This document shows positions 59,026 to 64,000 of a stretch of DNA of 64,000 nucleotides, piece by piece. Position 1 is the first letter of the stretch, and the number at the start of each line of letters is the position of its first letter. Both the position numbers and the translations under genes were made by a program. Location of the stretch: NCBI GenBank assembly GCA_963839605.1, contig CAWIWK010000059.1:1126-65125 (forward strand), given 5' to 3'. This stretch comes from an uncultured Acidimicrobiales bacterium. GTDB lineage: Bacteria > Actinomycetota > Acidimicrobiia > Acidimicrobiales > UBA8190. Under the pieces are notes generated by a model. The model did no database searches. It was not told where the DNA came from and saw only the letters and a list, made by a program, of their open reading frames with translations.

Positions 59026-60389
59026 GGTCTGCGGACGCCGCCGGTAGCGGGCCACGCACGGCTGTGCCAGCTGCACCACCATCTTGGAGTGGTCGTTTCT
59101 GTACGTGTCCGACGGCTGGGCCAGCTCGAAGTCCCAGTGCCGCAGCAACACCGAGAAGATGGCCTTCAGCTGCATCATGGCGAAGGGCGCGCCGACGCAG
59201 CGGTGGCGCCCGGCGCCGAAGGGGATCCACGTCCACGGGTTGGCGCGGTCCTCGGCCCGGGGCTCCATGTACCGCCCGGGCACGAAGGCATCGGCGTCGG
59301 GGAAGTCGTCCTCGATACGGTTCGACACCGCCGGGCTGGCGCCCACCAGCTTGCCGGCCGCGATGTGGAAGCCGCCCACCTCCAGGTCCTCCTTGGCCAC
59401 CCGCAGCACCAGGATGAGCGGGGGGTGCAGGCGCAGCGCCTCCTTGATGGCCGACTCCAGCCGGGGCATGTCGCGCAGCGCCTGGTAGCTCACCTCCTCG
59501 CCGTGGGCGTAGAGGTCGTCGAGCTCGGCCCGACGGCGGCGAGCTCTTCGGGGTGGCGCAGCAGCTCGATGAGCGTCCACGCCGCGGTGCCCGACGTGGT
59601 GTGGTGGCCGGCGAACATCATGGAGATGAACATCCCGGTCACCATGTCGGTCGAGAAGCGCGGCGAGCCGTCCTCGTCGCGGATCGACATGAGCACGTCG
59701 AGCAGATCGCGGTCGTCGTCGGTGGGTGCGGGCCCGGCGCTGCGGCGGTCCATGATCCCCTGCACCAGGTCCACGAGCCCGAGGCGGGCCTCGTCGCGAC
59801 GGCGGAAGCTGTCGATGGGGGCGTAAGGGTCCACGTAGGCGATGGCGTCGGTGCCCTGCTCGAGGTCGTGGTACAGCGTGGCGAATCGGCGGTCGAGCTC
59901 GCGCCGGAACTTGCGGCCCACCAGGCACGCCGAGGACGTGTAGATGGTGAGCTCGGCGAACCAGTCGAGCAGGTCGATGGACCCCGCATCGCCCCAGCCG
60001 CCCACCATGGACTCCACCTCGTCGGCGATGGTGGCGGCGTGGCCCCGCATGAACTTGTCCCGCAGCGCCTGGTTGTGGAGCATCTCCCGCCGCCGCTCGG
60101 GCGGCGCGTCGAACACCACGCCGGGCCCGAAGATGGGGGTCATGAAGGGGTAGGCCTCGGCCTGGTCGAGCACCTCCTCGGGGGCGCGGAAGAAGAACTC
60201 GTTGGCGTCGGCCCCGGTGCACAGCACCACGTCCCGGTCGGCCAGGCGGAACTGGCCCACGTCGCCGCACTCGGCCCGCACCCGGCGCATGAGGCCGATG
60301 GGGTCGTGGCGCAGCTCCTCGAGGTGGCCGTGCTCCGCCTCGCCCCCCGACACCCGGGGCGGCTCGTGAAGGGCCACGTCGACGGTCAT
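59022..60389 (-). CDS. cyp51: sterol 14-alpha-demethylase-type cytochrome P450 (CYP51); 1 frame disruption ~59520
   Basis: Near-colinear with my memory of M. tuberculosis CYP51: PRVSGG..EHGHLEE.R.DPIGLM.RVR.ECGDVG.F, AYPFMTPIFG.GVVFDA, FISMMFAGHHT, WIPFGAGRHRCVGA.FA, NDHSKMVVQLAQP. Confidence 0.85.
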
Positions 60390-60405
60390 GGTGTGCCTCG
60401 CTTCG

Positions 60406-61174
60406 TCATGGTGCGTCTCCTCCGCTGTCGGGCTCGGTCGGACCGGCGCCTCGGGCTGGATCTCGATGTAGGGGATGTGCCCGCCGGGCGGCGTCGACAC
60501 CGCCGCCAGGACGGCGGCGGCCACGGCCGGGGGGCGCAGGAAGTGGCCGTGGCGGGCCACGCCGAAGCGGATCCACTCGTTCAGCACCTCGGTGGCGAGG
60601 GCGGGCTCCCAATCCGTGCCCATGCCGGTGAGCGTCTGGCCGGGCTGGACGACGGTGGCGCGCACTCCTGTCCCCTCCAGCTCGAGCTGCAACGCCCGCA
60701 CGAAGCCCTCGAGCCCGAACTTCGACGCCACGTAGGCGGCGCCATGCGGGCGCGGCGTGCGCACCGCCTCCGACGACACGAACACGAGATCGCCGCGGTG
60801 GCGCTCGACCATGCCGGGGCCCAGGGCGGCCACCAGGCGGTGGGGCCCCAGCAGGTTCACGGCCACGGTGTGGGCGAAGTCGTCGGGCGAGGTGTCCAGC
60901 GCCGCCCCCGGATAGGCTGCGCCTGCGTTCGACACCACCACGTCCACCGGGCCCACCAGCTTGGCCGCCGCCCGCGGCGAACGCCTCCACCGAGGCGGCG
61001 TCGGCCAGGTCGAGGTGATGGCACGTGGCCTCGCCCCCCGACGCCGTGATGCGCGCCGCCACCTCCTCGCAGCGCTCCGTCCGGCGGGCCCCCAGCACTA
61101 CGGGGTGGCCGGCGCCGGCCAGCGCCTCCGCCGTCGCCGCCCCGATCCCCGACGAGCGCGCCGGTCACCACCGC
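60406..61174 (-). CDS. SDR-family oxidoreductase (Rv0765c-like position); 3 or more frame disruptions
   Basis: VVTGA(SSGIG), VLGARRTERCEEVAARI, VDVVVSNAG, YVASKFGLEGF. Pieces are in ORFs 60857, 60406 and 59490. Confidence 0.7.
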
Positions 61175-61228
61175 CGGTCGGTGCTCGGGGTGGGCGACGA
61201 AGGCGGAGCGGGCACGGGGTCGGTCCTC

Positions 61229-62445
61229 TCAGCGGGGGGTGACGGTGGTGGGGAGGCTGGCGAAGCCCCGCACGTTGATGGAGTGGACGCGCCGGGCGCG
61301 CTCGGCGTGGACCTCGTAGTCCGCCACGCGGGCGCACCAGCTCCTCGAGCGCGACCCGCGCCTCGAGCCGGGCGAGCGGCGCCCCCAGGCAGAAGTGGCG
61401 ACCCCCGCCGAAGCTGATGAGCTTGGCCGTGTCGCGGTCGAGGTCGTAGCGGTCGGGGTCGGGGAACACCGCCCCGTCGCGGTTGGCCGACCCCACGAGC
61501 AGGAGCACCCGCTCGCCGTCGCGGGAGCGTCGTGCCGTGGAGCTCGACGGTGCCGGTGGTGACGCGGAGCGAGCATCTGCGACGAGGTGTCGAAGCGCAG
61601 CGTCTCCTCCACCCAGTCTGGGCCCGCCCCGCATCCGCAAGGGCTGCGCCTTCTGGTCGGGGTAGCGCCACGCCCAGTACCAGGCGTTGCCCAGCAGCTT
61701 GGTGGTGGTCTCGTTGCCCGCCACCACCATGAGGAACAGCACCGAGATGACGTCGTCGTCGCTCAGCTGCTCGCCGTCGAGGTCGGCGTGGACGAGTCCC
61801 GAGGTGAGGTCGTCGCGCTCGGGCCCGCGGCGCTCGCGCACCATGTCGGCGAAGTAGCCGGCCAGGGCCAGTGCCGCCTCCATCCCCTCCTGGGGGACGT
61901 CGAGCACGCCGTCCTCGCGGTGCACGAGCAGGTCGGCGAGGCGCCGCAGCTCGGCCCGGTCGGCGGGGGGCACGCCGATCATCTCGGAGATGACGTCCAT
62001 GGGGAGCTTGCCGGCGAAGTCGCCGACCATGTCGAAGCTGCCCATGGCCACGGCCTCGTCGAGGTAGCGCACGGCCAGGTCGCGGATGCGGGGCTCGAGG
62101 TCGGCCACCCGGCGGATGGTGAACACCTTGCCCACCAGCGAGCGCATCCGGGTGTGCGGCGGGGGGTCCATTGCCAGGAACGACATCGAGCGATGGGCAT
62201 TGGGCCCGTAGGCGGCGGGGTCGAGGGACACGCCGTAAGCGGTTGGAGAGGCGGGTCGGGTCCCGGAAGGCGGCGAGCACGTCGGCGTGGCGCGAGAGGG
62301 CCCAGAAGTCGAGCTCGTCGTTGCGGTAGACGCGGCGCCTCGGCCCGCAGGCGGGCATAGGTCGGGTAGGGGTCCTCGTGGATGGCGTAGTCGTAGGGGC
62401 TGTAGGCACGGCCGTGTCGGTGTCTGTGCCCGGCACCGGCGTCAC
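61229..62445 (-). CDS. cytochrome P450 (CYP123-like by position); 3 or more frame disruptions
   Basis: MDPPPHTRMR, VVAGNETT, EETLRF, SFGGGRHFCLGAPLA. GTGA overlap with the TetR stop. Confidence 0.8.
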
Positions 62446-63043
62446 GACCGGCCCCCGAGCAGGCGCCGGGCCGTGTCGGCCAGCGCCTCGGGCACGTCCT
62501 CGAAGTGGATGTGGCCCATGCCGGCCCACAGCATGGCCCCGCTGTAGGCGAGGTCGAGGGCCCGCAGCGCCGACTCGTCCTCGACGCCGGTGCCCCAAGC
62601 GCGGCGCGCAGCCGGTCGTGCAGGGCGGCGCCGAAGCGCACCCGCAGGCGCGTCACCTCGGGACCGGCACCGAGGAGGGCGGCCGTGCACGCCGCGGCCA
62701 CGGTCGGATCGTCGGCCATGAACAGCCCGAGCACGCGCAGCTCGGCGGTGACCCGCTCGGCCGTGGTGCGGTCCCCGGGCGCCTCCACCGGGGGGAGGGC
62801 CTGCAAGCGGCGCCAGAGCACCTCGGCCAGGAGGTGGTCCTTGGAGGCGAAGTAGGTGTAGGCCGTGGCCGGCGCCACGCCGGCCCGGCGGGCCACGGCG
62901 CGCACCGTCACGCCCTCGTAGCCCGTGGCCCGCGCCTCGTCGGCGGCCGCCTCCACCAACTGCTCCACCACCGCCGCCTGACGCGGCGTGAGGCGGCGGC
63001 GCGTCGCCTCGGCCGCCGGCACCGTCAGGGCCGCCTCGCTCAC
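62442..63043 (-). CDS. TetR-family transcriptional regulator; 1 frame disruption ~62690
   Basis: RQAAVVEQLVEAAADEARATGYEGVTVRAVARRAGVAPATAYTYFASKDHLL (HTH). Tail is in ORF 62442..62690. Confidence 0.8.
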
Positions 63044-63064
63044 TGCGCCGCCTCGCTCACTGCG
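63031..63064. repeat. perfect 17-bp tandem duplication ccgcctcgctcactgcg x2 at the TetR start
   Basis: 63031..63047 equals 63048..63064. Each copy carries a GTG(A) start/stop motif on the minus strand. Confidence 0.9.
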
Positions 63065-63774
63065 CCCGTGCGCCGCCGGGGCGGCCGGGGTGTCGGCGGC
63101 GGGCACGTGGGGGGTGCCGTCGCGCATGGGCGGGAAGCGGAACGTCGCCGCCGTGGTGAGGCGCGTCATCTCCGTGATGTCGGCCACGGGAAGGGTCTCG
63201 GTGTCGTCGTCGATGACCACCTCCCACCGGCAGTGCGGCACGCGGTCCGACGGCACCGCGGGGGGCGGTGGACGTGGCGGATGCGGGCTTTGGGGTTCAC
63301 GGCCTGGGCGGTTACGTCGAAGGTGCCGTCCTCGATGGTGTGGCACATGCCGGTGACCATGCGCTCGCCCCACGGCTCCACGTCCATGAGCGCCCCGCAG
63401 CTGCGAGCTCGAAGTAGCCCAGGTGGTCGTCGACCACCTCGTAGTGGACGTCCATGTAGTGGTGGGGGAAGCCGGGGTCGAGCTGGAGGACCTTGAAGAT
63501 GGCCTCCACGCCGTTGCCTCGACCCCATGATCTCCCGCAGGCGCTCGCCGTAGATGGGGCTGGCGCCCCGCCACTCCTCGATGGCGAGCTCGCTGACGAC
63601 ATCGGCGCCGTAGCGGATGCCGATGGCGGCGCACATGGAGCGGTCCAGGAGATGCACGATGAGGGCGTACTCGCGCACCAGGCGGACCAGGGCGTCCTTG
63701 GACAGGTCCTCGTAGCGGAAGTCGGGGTCGAACGGCCCCGAGTAGTCGTCGAGATCGGCGTTGCGGTCGGCCAT
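63060..63774 (-). CDS. hypothetical protein; about 3 frame disruptions, 3' end uncertain
   Basis: MADRNADLDDYSGPFDPDFRYEDLSKDALVRLVREYALIVHLLDRS..., GVEAIFKVLQLDPGFPHHYMDVHYEVVDDHLGYFEL, MDVEPWGERMVTGMCHTIEDGTFDV, CRWEVVIDDD. No family recognised. Confidence 0.5.
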
Positions 63775-63790
63775 GGCGTCAGACTACGTT

Positions 63791-63806
63791 CCAGACACCT
63801 GTCTGG
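63791..63806. promoter_or_regulatory. 16-bp palindrome CCAGACAccTGTCTGG in a divergent spacer (candidate TetR-type operator)
   Basis: Perfect 7-bp arms with a 2-nt centre, between the minus-strand start at 63774 and the plus-strand start at 63855. Confidence 0.4.
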
Positions 63807-63854
63807 CTAGAGGGGAATTTCGATGGCGGACGCAGCGCACGCCGGGGGTACGCC

Positions 63855-64000
63855 ATGACCACGGTGCGGGGTGATCGGGCTCGGCGACATCGGCCGGGGC
63901 GTGGCCGACGCCTCCCTGCGCGCCGGGCTCGCCCTGGTGGTGTGCGACGTCCGGGCCGAGGCCACCGACCCCTACGCCGGGTCGGCCCACGTGGCCGCTG
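63855..64000 (+). CDS. NAD(P)-binding dehydrogenase N-terminus (3-hydroxyisobutyrate/6-phosphogluconate dehydrogenase-like); partial, 1 early frame disruption
   Basis: MTTV, then (shifted) VIGLGDIGRGVADASLRAGLALVVCDV Rossmann motif. Runs off the window end. Confidence 0.5.
   Translation, partial: MTTVRGDRARRHRPGRGRRLPARRARPGGVRRPGRGHRPLRRVGPRGR

Overview
Very GC-rich (about 70% G+C by eye, not computed), densely coding chromosomal segment with an actinobacterial gene repertoire (Actinomycetota; an Acidimicrobiia-like origin is only a guess). I support about 73 protein genes and 3 tRNAs. I saw no rRNA, CRISPR, transposase, integrase or relaxase. Gene order: ggt, GntR/lepB, GT-C membrane glycosyltransferase, PHP, purF-purM-pyrE, SDRs, HU with a basic tail, ABC exporter, tRNA Glu-Asp-Phe, ctaA-clpS-DUF2017 chain, ctaB, TlpA, repeat-rich cell-wall amidase, ABC-2 pair, serS, senX3-regX3-OYE, then a five-gene T4SS-like module (VirB2-, VirB6-, VirB3/PrgI(SCO6880)-, VirB4- and VirD4-like). 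That module is followed by a LAFTG sortase substrate and a P450. Next come amidase, bluB-ROK, bioA-F-D, crotonase/thiolase/DUF35, a group-3-like [NiFe] hydrogenase operon with an embedded cNMP-binding gene, and a fdx-cyp51-SDR-cyp123-like-TetR block that resembles M. tuberculosis Rv0763c-Rv0767c. The best candidate for something under-described is the T4SS-like module, which has no relaxase or integrase in the window and sits between housekeeping genes. Main caveat: dozens of single-base frame disruptions, mostly in G/C runs, break conserved and essential genes, so many long ORFs in the six-frame track are chimeras. Boundaries of disrupted genes are approximate (a few nt to about 30 nt). All family assignments come from motif recognition by eye; no searches were run.
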